The position numbers were made by a program, and so were the translations under genes. Positions 1 through 9,945 of a stretch of DNA of 64,000 nt are shown one piece after another. The notes under the pieces were generated by a model that was not told where the DNA came from, searched no databases, and saw only the letters and a list, made by a program, of their open reading frames with translations. Position 1 is the first letter of the stretch. The number at the start of each line of letters is the position of its first letter. Source of the stretch: Muribaculaceae bacterium. Its GTDB lineage: Bacteria > Bacteroidota > Bacteroidia > Bacteroidales > Muribaculaceae. The stretch lies in assembly GCA_024400935.1 (NCBI GenBank), contig JAKSLZ010000002.1:7057-71056 (forward strand), given 5' to 3'.

Positions 1-298
1 TCGTTGTAGCGGCGCCGCTGTCCATGAACTTGTAGCCATAGATGAGTGTGAATGCGCCCAGATTGTTGAACAATGCCAGGATGAAGATGCGCCAGGCTTC
101 CTGAAAGGAAATCTTGATGCTCAGTCTCTGAAAAAGCATTATTGCCAGCATGGCCAGGCATCCCAGGCCATAGCGAAAAGTGATGACAGAGATTGTGTCC
201 ATGCCGGCGTTGAGGCAGGGCATGGAGAAAAGTGGAATCATGCCGAATGTGCATGACGAGAGCATTGCTAGTATAAATCCTTTGGTCTTGTTTGTCAT
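1..298 (-). CDS. DMT/EamA family transporter (5' part; runs off window)
   Basis: Manual translation from ATG at 298: MTNKTKGFILAMLSSCTFGMIPLFSMPCLNAGMDTISVITFRYGLG...YGYKFMDSGAATT, a hydrophobic EamA-like pattern. Confidence 0.8.
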   Translation of the reverse strand, partial: MTNKTKGFILAMLSSCTFGMIPLFSMPCLNAGMDTISVITFRYGLGCLAMLAIMLFQRLSIKISFQEAWRIFILALFNNLGAFTLIYGYKFMDSGAATT

Positions 299-363
299 TT
301 TAGAGGTTAGATCTTTTTCTTTTTTGGTTAGAGGTTGTTGAGGTGTGAGGTATCAGACTGTGT

Positions 364-2031
364 CTATATAAATATGAGTAAAATTATCTGTGCCAGTATC
401 ACTCGCATGAACATGCTCAGCGGATAAACGGTGGCATAGGCTACACTAGGCCGGTCGCTTCCCAGCGTGTCGCGCGAGTAGTCCATCGCCATGGGGTTAG
501 CCATGGCACCGCTCAGCATGCCGCACACTGTTCCGTAGTCAAGATTTAGAGCTCGCAGCGCAATGATACCCACTATAAGCACCGGCACCACGGTGATGGC
601 AAATCCGCTGGCTAGCCAGGTCAATCCCTCAGGACGCACCACGGTAGCAAAGAAATCGGGGCCAGAGTCTAGCCCCAGGCAAGCAAGATACAGTGCGAGG
701 CCTATGGCACGCAGCATGAGGTTGGCACTCTGTGTGGTGTAGCTGTTCATGTGTATGCGTGGGCCAAATGTGCCCATGAGTATGCCGGCGATGATGGGGC
801 CACCAGCCAGTCCCAGCTTGACGGGCATGCTTATGCCTGGCAGCGCTATGGGGATGCATCCCAGCAGCAGACCCAGGGTCATGCCTATGAAAACCGATAT
901 GAGGTTGGGCTCGTTGAGGTCAGCGACGGCATTGCCCAGCACCTTCTCCACGTTGTGTATCGACTCGTTCTCGCCCACAACGATGATGCGGTCGCCCAGC
1001 AGCAGTCGCAGGTCGGGTGTGGCAAGCAGTTGCACGCCATTGCGGTTGATGCGGCTGATGTTCACGCCATAGTGCTTGCGCAGGTGCAGTGACCCCAGTC
1101 GCTTGCCGTTGATTTGCGGCTTGGTGATGAGTATGGCCTGTGAACTGAGGTTGCTGTCTATGGCATTCCAGTCGATGTCGTCCTTGTTCCAGTCAGTGCT
1201 CTCGTGCTCGCCAAACAGGATGGTCATTGCCTCAGAGTCTTCTTCGTTAGAGATCACCAGCAGGCGGTCACCTTCTTTAAGCACCGTCTTCGATGACGGT
1301 ATGCTCACCTTGCCGTCGCGCCACAGGCGTGAGATGACAAACTTCAAGTGGCTGATGTTTGCCACCTCGGCCACCTCTTTGCCAAAAATGCCGGGATTGT
1401 GCACCTGATAGGCTGCAATGTAGGTCGAGTCGTTGTCGTCATCGTCGTTTTTAATAACAAGGTGGTGAGTCTTGGCCATGAGCTTGCGCATGAACAGGAG
1501 GGCGAGTATCACACCCACAACGCCCATGGGATAAGTGACTGCGCATCCCAGAGCGGCTCCACTGGCCGAAATGCCCAGCGACGATAGTGTTTGCTGTGCG
1601 GCACCCAGAGCGGGTGTGTTGGTTGTGGCTCCGCACATGATTCCCACAGCATCGGCAAGGTTAATGCCGCATGTGCACGGCAAGAGCACGGTCATGACCA
1701 GTCCCAGTATTACCACGCACAGTGCCAGTAGATTGAGTGACAAGCCGCTGTCGTGTAGTGAGTTGAAGAAACCGGGTCCCACCTGCAGGCCGAGTGCGTA
1801 GACAAACAGCACGAGGCCAAAGTCCTGCGCATAGCGCAGCATCTGCGGGTCGATTGATAGGCCCAGGTGACCAGCCAGAATGCCCAGAAAGAACACAAAG
1901 GTCACGCCCAGCGAGATGCCCAGCACCTTCACCTTGCCCAGTGCCAGTCCGCCCGCACACAGCAGCGACAGCACGATGACGGCCTGCACGGCCGAGTGGT
2001 CTACTATTACACTATTTAGCCAGTCAATCAT
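364..2031 (-). CDS. AspT/YidE/YbjL family transporter with TrkA-C domains
   Basis: 555 aa; duplicated membrane domains (GATTNTPALGAA, GAMANPMA..YATVYP) flanking two RCK-C-like repeats (ISRLWRDG, ISRINRNG). Confidence 0.88.
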   Translation of the reverse strand: MIDWLNSVIVDHSAVQAVIVLSLLCAGGLALGKVKVLGISLGVTFVFFLGILAGHLGLSIDPQMLRYAQDFGLVLFVYALGLQVGPGFFNSLHDSGLSLNLLALCVVILGLVMTVLLPCTCGINLADAVGIMCGATTNTPALGAAQQTLSSLGISASGAALGCAVTYPMGVVGVILALLFMRKLMAKTHHLVIKNDDDDNDSTYIAAYQVHNPGIFGKEVAEVANISHLKFVISRLWRDGKVSIPSSKTVLKEGDRLLVISNEEDSEAMTILFGEHESTDWNKDDIDWNAIDSNLSSQAILITKPQINGKRLGSLHLRKHYGVNISRINRNGVQLLATPDLRLLLGDRIIVVGENESIHNVEKVLGNAVADLNEPNLISVFIGMTLGLLLGCIPIALPGISMPVKLGLAGGPIIAGILMGTFGPRIHMNSYTTQSANLMLRAIGLALYLACLGLDSGPDFFATVVRPEGLTWLASGFAITVVPVLIVGIIALRALNLDYGTVCGMLSGAMANPMAMDYSRDTLGSDRPSVAYATVYPLSMFMRVILAQIILLIFI

Positions 2032-2109
2032 TGTTGCGTTTCATCAAAAAGAGAATGGCTTGTTAATGGCTCATTCTCTTTATAGTTTTGGTTTTATATT
2101 TGAGTTCGT

Positions 2110-3024
2110 TTAGTCGATCTTAACAACCAGATAGTTAGACAGCTCCCAGAACTTGGCCGAGTTAGTGATGTGCAGTACTTTGCCGTTAGGAGTTTCCTCG
2201 ATTGTGTAAGAGTCAGCCGGGTGCTTAGACATCACCTCAACCTTTTTGCTGCGCAGGTCAATCTTGTTGAGTGTGCGCTTGTCGGCCTTGGTGAAATAAG
2301 ACTTCTCGAAGTCACCTTCCAGAATCTTTGTTTTGCGCAGGAAACCGGTCTCAATGATTTTGTTGCTCTTGAGGGTGTTCTTGTTGCCCACGGCATAGAA
2401 GCAGGTGTTGAGCTCGTTGTTGGCCTTAGCGGCTTCTTCTTGTGCCTCTACCTTCTCCTGTGTCACGATAGCTTTCTCGCGAGCTATGTCCTCTTTCTCG
2501 CGTGTGACGTTGTCGTTGACCTTGTGCAGTGAGTCCACGCGTGTGTTGAGGGTTGCAATCTCGATGTGAGCCGCTTTGAGCTGATTCATCAGGTCAGTGA
2601 TGATGTCTTCTTGAATCTTGAGCTGGGCTTTGAGTCCTGTGATGGTCTTCTTCATCTCCTCATTGTAATTGCTTGAGTTGATGAGACGCTTCTCAAGTTC
2701 TTTGAGGCGTTTTTCTTTAGCCTCGATTTGCTGCAGCAGCTGGGCAATCTCGTTGCTTAGCTGAGCTTTGCGGTCGGCGCTCTCGTGGTTTAGGTCTTGA
2801 GCAGACATGATGTTCTGCATGTCTTTGATTTGGGCCATACCGTCATTGATGTCGTTCATCAATGTCATGAGGCTGTCTTTCTCGGCCAATACCGTCTCCA
2901 GAGAGTCGTTAAGCTCGTTCTTCAGTGAGTCCTGTATGTGCTGGTCATCGTTCTCGTTTTGATGGCAGGATGGGACCATTGCCGTGAGGGCGATAAACAG
3001 TACAAAGTACTTAATCTTGTTCAT
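2110..3024 (-). CDS. Coiled-coil lipoprotein, conserved Bacteroidales type
   Basis: Start reassigned to MNKIKYF (ATG 3024); lipobox-like VPSC, long heptad region, C-terminal globular domain (SKHPADSY...KFWELS). Confidence 0.7.
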   Translation of the reverse strand: MNKIKYFVLFIALTAMVPSCHQNENDDQHIQDSLKNELNDSLETVLAEKDSLMTLMNDINDGMAQIKDMQNIMSAQDLNHESADRKAQLSNEIAQLLQQIEAKEKRLKELEKRLINSSNYNEEMKKTITGLKAQLKIQEDIITDLMNQLKAAHIEIATLNTRVDSLHKVNDNVTREKEDIAREKAIVTQEKVEAQEEAAKANNELNTCFYAVGNKNTLKSNKIIETGFLRKTKILEGDFEKSYFTKADKRTLNKIDLRSKKVEVMSKHPADSYTIEETPNGKVLHITNSAKFWELSNYLVVKID

Positions 3025-3769
3025 TTTCGTTATAGATGTTAATATTGTTCTTGTTCTTAAAGCGGGCATATTTGTCCACTTTGGCTGTGGGCTGAGTTTC
3101 TTTTCCTGCCAACACAATCACTATCTCGCCGCGCGGAGTGTTGGCGGTGAAATATTCCACCAGCTCGGCCAGTGTGCCGTTGTGTGTGGTGTTGTGCATC
3201 TTGGAAATCTCTCTCACGACGCTTGCTTCGCGGTCGTTGCCCAGAGTTTCGGCCAGTTGCGCCAGGGTCTTTACCAGTCGCATGGGCGACTCGTAGATGA
3301 TCATGGTGCGTGGCTGCTCTTTTAGTTCGTTTAGACGTGTTGCGCGGCCTTTTTTCTGGGGTAAGAACCCCTCAAATACAAATCTCTCGCACGGCAGGCC
3401 GGAGTTGACCAGTGCGGGTACAAATGCTGTGGCGCCGGGCAGAGTCTCAACCTCAATGCCTTTGCGTCGGCATTCGCGCGACAGCAAGAAGCCCGGGTCG
3501 CTGATGGCGGGAGTGCCGGCATCGCTCACCAGGGCTATTATGTCGCCTGCCTCAAGCATACTGATGATGCCGGGCAGAGTCTCGTGTTCGTTAAACTTGT
3601 GGTGGCTGCGCATGGGAGTCTCTATGCCAAAGTGTTTCATCACCACGCTGCTGGTGCGGGTGTCTTCGGCAAGGATGAGGTGTGCCTTCTGGAGCACACT
3701 CACGGCACGGGGTGTCATATCCTCGAGATTGCCCACGGGAGTGGGTACGATATATAGTTTGCCTGCCAT
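3011..3769 (-). CDS. rsmI: 16S rRNA (cytidine1402-2'-O)-methyltransferase
   Basis: LYIVPTPVGNLEDMT, AEDTR, VSDAGTPAISDPG, FEGFLP, YESP, REISK motifs. Confidence 0.95.
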   Translation of the reverse strand: MAGKLYIVPTPVGNLEDMTPRAVSVLQKAHLILAEDTRTSSVVMKHFGIETPMRSHHKFNEHETLPGIISMLEAGDIIALVSDAGTPAISDPGFLLSRECRRKGIEVETLPGATAFVPALVNSGLPCERFVFEGFLPQKKGRATRLNELKEQPRTMIIYESPMRLVKTLAQLAETLGNDREASVVREISKMHNTTHNGTLAELVEYFTANTPRGEIVIVLAGKETQPTAKVDKYARFKNKNNINIYNENEQD

Positions 3770-3781
3770 GCGCCGTCAGTT

Positions 3782-5491
3782 TTAATCAAAATATTGTTCA
3801 ACAACTTCAAAGAATGCAATCACTTCTTCGTTGCTTTCTTTCCAACCCATCTCGTTGTAGAAGTAGTCTTTAGCTTCTTCCAGCGATCTCATGGCTTCAA
3901 TGAGCTCTACTGCATTCTCCAGCTTGTCGGGGTCGCCCTTGAACAGTGAGCGCACAAAGCGGAAGCGGTCGTTGATAGAGAACATGAAGCTCAGCGGTTT
4001 CTTGAACATGCGGCGGTTAGCCTCGCTCACAGCAGCGGGTTTGGGAGTGTGAACACTAACTTGTCCTGCGGGTTTCACTTCTTGTGCAGTGTGGTGCACG
4101 GGAGGCTCTTGGCGCTCAACGGGGCGATGCACGGGAGGTTCTTGACGCTCGGGCTCACTGAAGATCTCGGGTTCATTGTTCAACTCGGCTTCACTGAATA
4201 TTTCGGGCTCACGAGGATATTCGGGCTCACGGTGAGATGTGGGTTCAACTGTGAAACCATCGTCCTCGGCGAGCGCGCGGGCCACCGCCTCTTCAAAGTT
4301 GAAGGGAACGCTTGACTCGCTGGCTGCGTTTTGGGGAGTTGCTGTTGCAGTGTTGGTTGCTGTGTCGCTGTAATCGTTGTTGTCAACGGAAGTTTCTTTC
4401 TCGTTGGCGGGTTCTTCCTCGTCTGAGAGGTTGGCAAACAGGTTGAATTGTGTTTTGGGCTGCTCAACCTCTTCATAGTTGACTTCGATAGTGTGAACGG
4501 GAGAGTCAAATTCGTTGCCGCCAGTGCTGTCGTTATCGCTGGCGTCATGAATGGGAGCATCGTCTTCTTCGTCGTCAACGTTGTTGTCTGATCCCATGTA
4601 GTAGATGGGAGCATCATAAGCCTTGGTCTCAGGAGCTTTGTTCTTGGGTTCTTGGACTGTAGTTTCTTCCTCGGCTTCGGGCTCTTCCTCAACCGGTTCT
4701 TCCTTCTGGGGCTCTTCCTCGACTGTAGGTTCTTCCTCTTCTTCCTCGGTATCTTCAACTGCCTCGACAAGCTCTTCTTCTTCGGCAGGCTCTTCTTCGG
4801 TTTCGTCTTCAACCTCGGTTACTTCTGTGGCTTCGACGAGTTCGTCGTCATCCTCAGCGGGTTCTTCCTCCTCGGGTTCTTCCACAGGTGATTCTTCCTC
4901 CTCGGGTTCCTCAGTTGATTCTTCCTCCTCGGGTTCTTCTTCCTCGGCGGGCTGGTCTTCTTCGTCGTCTACGACAGCTTCAACCATTTCTTCGGGTTCC
5001 TCAACAGGCTCGTCGATTGCTTCTTCAACTTCGGTTTCAGCCTCAGCCTCACTTTGTACAGGAGCGTCTTCCTCTGTTGCTTCTTGAGCATCGGCCTGGG
5101 GCTCGTCGTCGTCATAGACAAACTCAAACGAGATGTCATCGTCGGGCTCACGGTCCTCTACGGGAACCTCGGCAGGTTCGGGCTCAGCGATGACAGTTTC
5201 TTCAACTGCCTCCGCTGCTGTTTCTTCGACTGCGGCAGGAGTCTCTGCTATAGCTGTCTCAACTGCGGCTGCTGCGACTGCTGCAGCTGCTACATCGGCA
5301 GCAATTTCTTTTTCGGGGGCAGCTCCATTGTCTTGAGCCAGTTGCTTGCACTGTTCTTGAAGTTCCTGAGCATAATCACAAATGCGCTGATACACCATTT
5401 CGGGTGTGTCACTACCGTGTCTAGAGACTACAACAAGCAGTCCTTCAAGTTCATATACTGTCGTGAGCAGTTTTGCTATATTTTGTTTCAT
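3782..5491 (-). CDS. Very acidic, largely disordered protein with folded-looking N- and C-terminal domains
   Basis: Start reassigned to MKQNIAK (ATG 5491); long Glu/Asp/Pro-rich middle; C-terminus SINDRFRFVRSLFKGD...FFEVVEQYFD. Confidence 0.75.
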   Translation of the reverse strand: MKQNIAKLLTTVYELEGLLVVVSRHGSDTPEMVYQRICDYAQELQEQCKQLAQDNGAAPEKEIAADVAAAAVAAAAVETAIAETPAAVEETAAEAVEETVIAEPEPAEVPVEDREPDDDISFEFVYDDDEPQADAQEATEEDAPVQSEAEAETEVEEAIDEPVEEPEEMVEAVVDDEEDQPAEEEEPEEEESTEEPEEEESPVEEPEEEEPAEDDDELVEATEVTEVEDETEEEPAEEEELVEAVEDTEEEEEEPTVEEEPQKEEPVEEEPEAEEETTVQEPKNKAPETKAYDAPIYYMGSDNNVDDEEDDAPIHDASDNDSTGGNEFDSPVHTIEVNYEEVEQPKTQFNLFANLSDEEEPANEKETSVDNNDYSDTATNTATATPQNAASESSVPFNFEEAVARALAEDDGFTVEPTSHREPEYPREPEIFSEAELNNEPEIFSEPERQEPPVHRPVERQEPPVHHTAQEVKPAGQVSVHTPKPAAVSEANRRMFKKPLSFMFSINDRFRFVRSLFKGDPDKLENAVELIEAMRSLEEAKDYFYNEMGWKESNEEVIAFFEVVEQYFD

Positions 5492-5566
5492 GATGATTCT
5501 GTTTAAATATTTTGCAATTTTACAACTATTTTTTGAGTCTAGCAAATTTTTTGCCTATAAACTCCG

Positions 5567-6991
5567 TTATTGTTCCAATAACGCACCTATCAGGAGGCGG
5601 TCAATGTTGTTTTTGAGTGTCGCGCGGTTGCAAGTGTAGTTATTGCACAACACAGCCCACACGATCTTAGGATTCTCGGCGGGATAATAACCCACAAAGC
5701 ACTGCACGTCGCTCATGCTGCCGCTCTTGAGCGACACGTCTCTGGTGAGTGATGTGTTAGGCAGCAGTGTGCCTATGCGCTTGTCGGCACGAGGCATGAG
5801 GTCGGTGAGTCGCAGGTTGTTGTATTTTTTGCTTGATACTTTGCGGAGCATGTCGCAGAACAGATGTGCCGAGGCACGGTTGACACGTGCCAGGCCGCTA
5901 CCGTCGCGCATGAACAGTGCACTCTCGTCAAACCCCCAGCCCTTGAAGATGCTCTTGACGTGCTGCACACCGGCGTTATCAAGGTCTCCGCCAGCGTTTT
6001 TGAAGTCTTTGCTGCGCACGGCCATGGCACGCAGCAGTGCATGGGTAAACATGTTGTCGCTGCGGTCGAGCAGTGAAGTCACTATTGTGGTGAGCTCGGG
6101 CGATTTGTGCGTCAATAAGAGCTCTTTGCCGCCAGTGCTGATATTGTTCTTTTTTACTGATATTCCTGCTGCTTCAAGAGCTTTGTTTATGTCGCACACC
6201 AGGAGTAGCTCGGGATGAGGATTTGCTACCTCCCAGCTGTAGCGTGTCTTGCCTTTGCCTGCAGGTGCGGTGCCAAGCATCGTTAATGCCGAGCTGCCAT
6301 ATTCCATGGTGGTAGAGAGGCTGTTGGCCTTGCCAGGTGTGGTTTTGTCGATGAATGTCAATCCGGGGATCTCGGGCGAAAAACGTGCGTCGGTGATGTG
6401 GCCGCGCTTGTCGATGTTGAAGTTGAACATCACTGTGTTGTCGCGGTAGTTGATGGGGAACACACCTGCACCGTAGTCTTGTGCCAGATCGCCCACATCC
6501 CACCAGTCGCTGTAGTAGGGGGTGGGGTAGAGGCTTGTGTCAGTGATGATGTTGCCGTTTACCACCTTAATGCCTTTTTTCTTGAGTGCTGATGCAATCT
6601 CGCTGGGCATGCTGGCGATGCCCTTGATGTAACCTGTTCCTAGGGTGGGGTCGCCGCTACCCACAATCACAATGTTGCCGTTGAGGGTGTCGTTCTTGAC
6701 GGTGCCCTGCAGGTACACGTTAGTCTCAAAGCGGAAGTCTCCGCCCAGAGTCTCGAGCGCTGTGGTCGATGTGATTGTCTTCATGGTCGATGCTGTCACT
6801 ACCGAGAGCTCGGGATTGTGAGCCGCAATAACCTTACCAGAGTCGATGCTCATGAACATCACGCTGAATGATGCGTGCTTCATCGACGGGTCGTTAGCAA
6901 AGCGTTTTACGGCCTCCTCGGGGGTGATGGCCAGTGCCATGGCTGTGGTGATGACAGCCAGTATTGCGAGTGAAATAAATCGTCTTGTCAT
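5567..6991 (-). CDS. dacB: D-alanyl-D-alanine carboxypeptidase/endopeptidase (PBP4, S13)
   Basis: Signal peptide; ASTMK (SxxK), GSGDPTL, SDN, DGSGL, KSG motifs. Confidence 0.92.
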   Translation of the reverse strand: MTRRFISLAILAVITTAMALAITPEEAVKRFANDPSMKHASFSVMFMSIDSGKVIAAHNPELSVVTASTMKTITSTTALETLGGDFRFETNVYLQGTVKNDTLNGNIVIVGSGDPTLGTGYIKGIASMPSEIASALKKKGIKVVNGNIITDTSLYPTPYYSDWWDVGDLAQDYGAGVFPINYRDNTVMFNFNIDKRGHITDARFSPEIPGLTFIDKTTPGKANSLSTTMEYGSSALTMLGTAPAGKGKTRYSWEVANPHPELLLVCDINKALEAAGISVKKNNISTGGKELLLTHKSPELTTIVTSLLDRSDNMFTHALLRAMAVRSKDFKNAGGDLDNAGVQHVKSIFKGWGFDESALFMRDGSGLARVNRASAHLFCDMLRKVSSKKYNNLRLTDLMPRADKRIGTLLPNTSLTRDVSLKSGSMSDVQCFVGYYPAENPKIVWAVLCNNYTCNRATLKNNIDRLLIGALLEQ

Positions 6992-7006
6992 TGTTGTTGG
7001 TATTGT

Positions 7007-7633
7007 TTAGTCTTTGTGAGTGAATTCATACATGTTTGCGGCCATGCCGTCGGCCAGTTGCAGCAGTGCCACCAGCGGGTATTTGTCACGTGCTGTGTTG
7101 ATGTTGTTCTTGGCTTCGGGGCTTTGGAATGCAAGGTCCCAGGCAGTCATGTGCCAGCGTATGGCAATGAGCTCTTCCTCATATATTTCCAGTCCGCTCC
7201 ACAGTGCCATGATAGCACTTTTCTCGCCATGTCCCAGCGGCAGATTGCTGTAGTCGACGTCCCATCCGGGTACTTCTTCCCACAAGCCAAAGGCGCCTTT
7301 CACCTTCTTTGTCGTGGGCTTGTAGATGTCGCTCTTGTTGATGTCGTGCAGCAGCGTTGCGATGATTACCGACTCTCGCTTGAGGTGTGATGCCAGGTCG
7401 GGCCTGCGTGCCACTACCAGCTCTCGCAGCTCCAGCCCCGCATCGCACACGTTGAGCGAGTGCTGGCAGCATCCGCCGCGTTCGGCCAGGTGGAATCGTG
7501 TGCTGGCGGGAGCGTTGAAAAAGTCGTTTTTACCGTCCTCCAGATACTCAAGGAGGTCTTCAACTCCTTCGCGTCCCGTAGAGCGCAGTAACTCGCAAAA
7601 CCGTTTTTTATTGCCTTCGATATCTATACTCAT
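7007..7633 (-). CDS. HD-domain phosphohydrolase
   Basis: APASTRFH, QHSLNV, LLHDINK, GHGEKS, AIRWHM, LAD motifs. Confidence 0.85.
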   Translation of the reverse strand: MSIDIEGNKKRFCELLRSTGREGVEDLLEYLEDGKNDFFNAPASTRFHLAERGGCCQHSLNVCDAGLELRELVVARRPDLASHLKRESVIIATLLHDINKSDIYKPTTKKVKGAFGLWEEVPGWDVDYSNLPLGHGEKSAIMALWSGLEIYEEELIAIRWHMTAWDLAFQSPEAKNNINTARDKYPLVALLQLADGMAANMYEFTHKD

Positions 7634-7662
7634 GATTTCTCAGTGTTTTTGTGTTCAAACTG

Positions 7663-7670
7663 CAAAGGTA
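7663..7670 (-). promoter_or_regulatory. Bacteroidetes -7 promoter element (TACCTTTG) for the HD/dacB operon
   Basis: Matches TAnnTTTG on minus strand about 30 nt upstream of ATG 7633. Confidence 0.6.
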
Positions 7671-7773
7671 ATGAAAATCCCTCAAATGCCGAAATTAAGA
7701 CGTGTAAATCGTTTGCAAAGGATTGTATTGTGATTTTTTGTGGTATTTATTGTGAATAGTTATTTAATTTTTG

Positions 7774-7781
7774 TATATTTG
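7774..7781 (+). promoter_or_regulatory. Bacteroidetes -7 promoter element (TATATTTG)
   Basis: TAnnTTTG in AT-rich divergent intergenic region upstream of the capD-like gene. Confidence 0.55.
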
Positions 7782-7846
7782 CATGTTATTTGTGCTTATG
7801 TGCTTGTAAAAAGAGGAAAGTCTACAAGGAATTGGCACGCAAAAAA

Positions 7847-9868
7847 ATGACTTCTATGCTAGAAAATCTTTTGAATAGGCTGTCTGAATCAACTGTAATA
7901 CAGTCTTTTAAGTTAAATACTACACCTCGTTGGGTCATCTTGTTGCTCGACCTTTTGATTGTTACCACTAGTTTCGCTATAGTGGAGACTAAGGAACTTG
8001 TAACCCATGCCGACAAACTCTCTATCGAATACCTCTCGGCGTCATGGCTTGCCATCATGGTCGTCTATTTCGTGGTGATCTTTGTGAGCAAGAGCTACAC
8101 GTGCGTCATTCGATTGTCGGTCATCATCGACCTTTATCGCACTTTCATGGTCGTGTGTGTGTCCACATTTGTGCTCATCATGCTCAATCTGGGCATATAT
8201 TTTCTCACGTCAGGTGAAGTGTGCTACAGTTTCTGGAATCTGTTCTTGATAGCGATATTGACGTTTACCATCATGATGGTAGAGCGCTTGTTTATCAAGT
8301 ATATATACATGCGCATCACTGCCGTTTCTAACACTCAGCGCAAGCGTGTGCTCGTGTTGGGAACTTCGCTCAATTCGCTGCTCCTTGCTAATGCACTCAA
8401 GAACGAGACTGCCGGCCAGTATGAGCCCGTGGGACTGCTCAGCACTAAGAAGTCGCACGGCATCAATGAGGTCAACGGCTTTAAGGTCTATTACTATGAT
8501 CCTGAAACCGTGACTAACATCTTTGTGGAGCACGGCATCTATGCGCTCATCTTCAACGACAGTCGCCGTGAGATGCTGCATGACGGCATGGCCGACGTGT
8601 TCTTGTCGAGCAACATCACGTTGCTGTCGCTCAACAGGTTTGCTGAGTATGAGGAAGAGCAGGATAAAGATGATGGCAACATCTCTACATATGTCAAGGA
8701 AGTGGAAATTGAGGACTTGCTTGGCCGCGAGCCCATCGTGCTCAACAACTCGCTTGTGAGCACTAATGTAAAGGGCGCCTGCGTGCTCATTACCGGTGCT
8801 TGTGGCTCGATAGGTAGTGAGATCGTGCGTCAGCTGGCTACTTATCAGGCTAGCCGCATCGTGCTCGTTGACCAGGCCGAGACTCCCATGCATGACCTCT
8901 CGCTCGAGATGAAGCGCAACTTCCCCGAGGCCGAGATTGTCCTCTTCATGGGTGATGTACAGAACCGCGACCGCATGGAAGTGGCATTTGAGACTTATAA
9001 GCCCAAGTTTGTGTTCCATGCTGCGGCTTACAAGCATGTGCCCATGATGGAGATCAACCCCACCGAGGCTATCCTCACTAACGTGATGGGAACACGCAAC
9101 GTTGCCGATCTGGCGCTCAAGCACGGTGCCTACAAGTTTGTGATGGTGTCGACCGACAAGGCCGTGAATCCCACTAACATCATGGGATGCACCAAGCGCC
9201 TTGCCGAGATTTACTGCCAGTCGCTCTTCTTTGACGCTGCTAAGCGCGGCATGACCACGCAGTTCATTACCACCCGATTTGGTAACGTGCTGGGTAGCAA
9301 TGGCTCAGTGATACCCTTGTTCCGCAAGCAGATAGAGCGTGGAGGCCCCGTGACCGTGACACACAAGGACATCATACGCTACTTCATGACCATCCCCGAG
9401 GCTTGCTCGCTCGTTCTTGAGGCAGGTTGCATGGGCAGTGGTGGTGAGATTTATATCTTCGACATGGGACAGCCCGTGCGCATCTATGACCTTGCGACTC
9501 GCATGATTTCGCTTGCGGGTTTCAAGCCCAATATCGACATTAAGATTGAGGAGGTGGGCCTGCGTCCTGGCGAAAAACTCTATGAGGAGCTGCTCAATGA
9601 CAAGGAGAAGACCACGGCTACCGTCAACAAGAAGATCATGATAGCCAAGGTGCGCACCTATGACTACCGCAACGTGTGCGAGAACATAGAGCGCATCGTC
9701 GAGTGGGCTCACAAGGGCAACGTGCACAACATGGTGTATGCTATGAAGAGCTTCGTTCCTGAGTATAAGAGTAACTCTAGCGAGGAGTTTGAACGCATCG
9801 ACAGGGAGATTGAGGAGAAAATGAACAAGCAGCCTCAAAACACCCCCGAGACCGAGAAATACTATTGA
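7847..9868 (+). CDS. CapD/PglF/WbpM-type nucleoside-diphosphate sugar 4,6-dehydratase
   Basis: Start reassigned to ATG 7847; 4 TM helices, then EDLLGRE, TGACGSIGSE, FHAAAYKHVP, STDKAVNP, RFGNVLGSNGSV, GLRPGEKLYEEL. Confidence 0.93.
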   Translation: MTSMLENLLNRLSESTVIQSFKLNTTPRWVILLLDLLIVTTSFAIVETKELVTHADKLSIEYLSASWLAIMVVYFVVIFVSKSYTCVIRLSVIIDLYRTFMVVCVSTFVLIMLNLGIYFLTSGEVCYSFWNLFLIAILTFTIMMVERLFIKYIYMRITAVSNTQRKRVLVLGTSLNSLLLANALKNETAGQYEPVGLLSTKKSHGINEVNGFKVYYYDPETVTNIFVEHGIYALIFNDSRREMLHDGMADVFLSSNITLLSLNRFAEYEEEQDKDDGNISTYVKEVEIEDLLGREPIVLNNSLVSTNVKGACVLITGACGSIGSEIVRQLATYQASRIVLVDQAETPMHDLSLEMKRNFPEAEIVLFMGDVQNRDRMEVAFETYKPKFVFHAAAYKHVPMMEINPTEAILTNVMGTRNVADLALKHGAYKFVMVSTDKAVNPTNIMGCTKRLAEIYCQSLFFDAAKRGMTTQFITTRFGNVLGSNGSVIPLFRKQIERGGPVTVTHKDIIRYFMTIPEACSLVLEAGCMGSGGEIYIFDMGQPVRIYDLATRMISLAGFKPNIDIKIEEVGLRPGEKLYEELLNDKEKTTATVNKKIMIAKVRTYDYRNVCENIERIVEWAHKGNVHNMVYAMKSFVPEYKSNSSEEFERIDREIEEKMNKQPQNTPETEKYY

Positions 9869-9945
9869 TTTCACTTTAATACAATATTACAAAGGGGCTG
9901 TGGGGTCGCATTGCGACGCTATGCCCTCTTTACTTTTTATCAGTT

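Noticed and set aside
4180-5506. Ser-rich, Lys/Arg-rich and Phe-rich ORFs overlapping the acidic protein
   Set aside because: They are alternative-frame and antisense shadows of GAA/GAG-rich low-complexity codons.
7007-7633. HD protein as a Cas3-HD or defence-system component
   Set aside because: Stand-alone gene at the head of a housekeeping run (dacB, rsmI) with no helicase, cas or other defence genes nearby.
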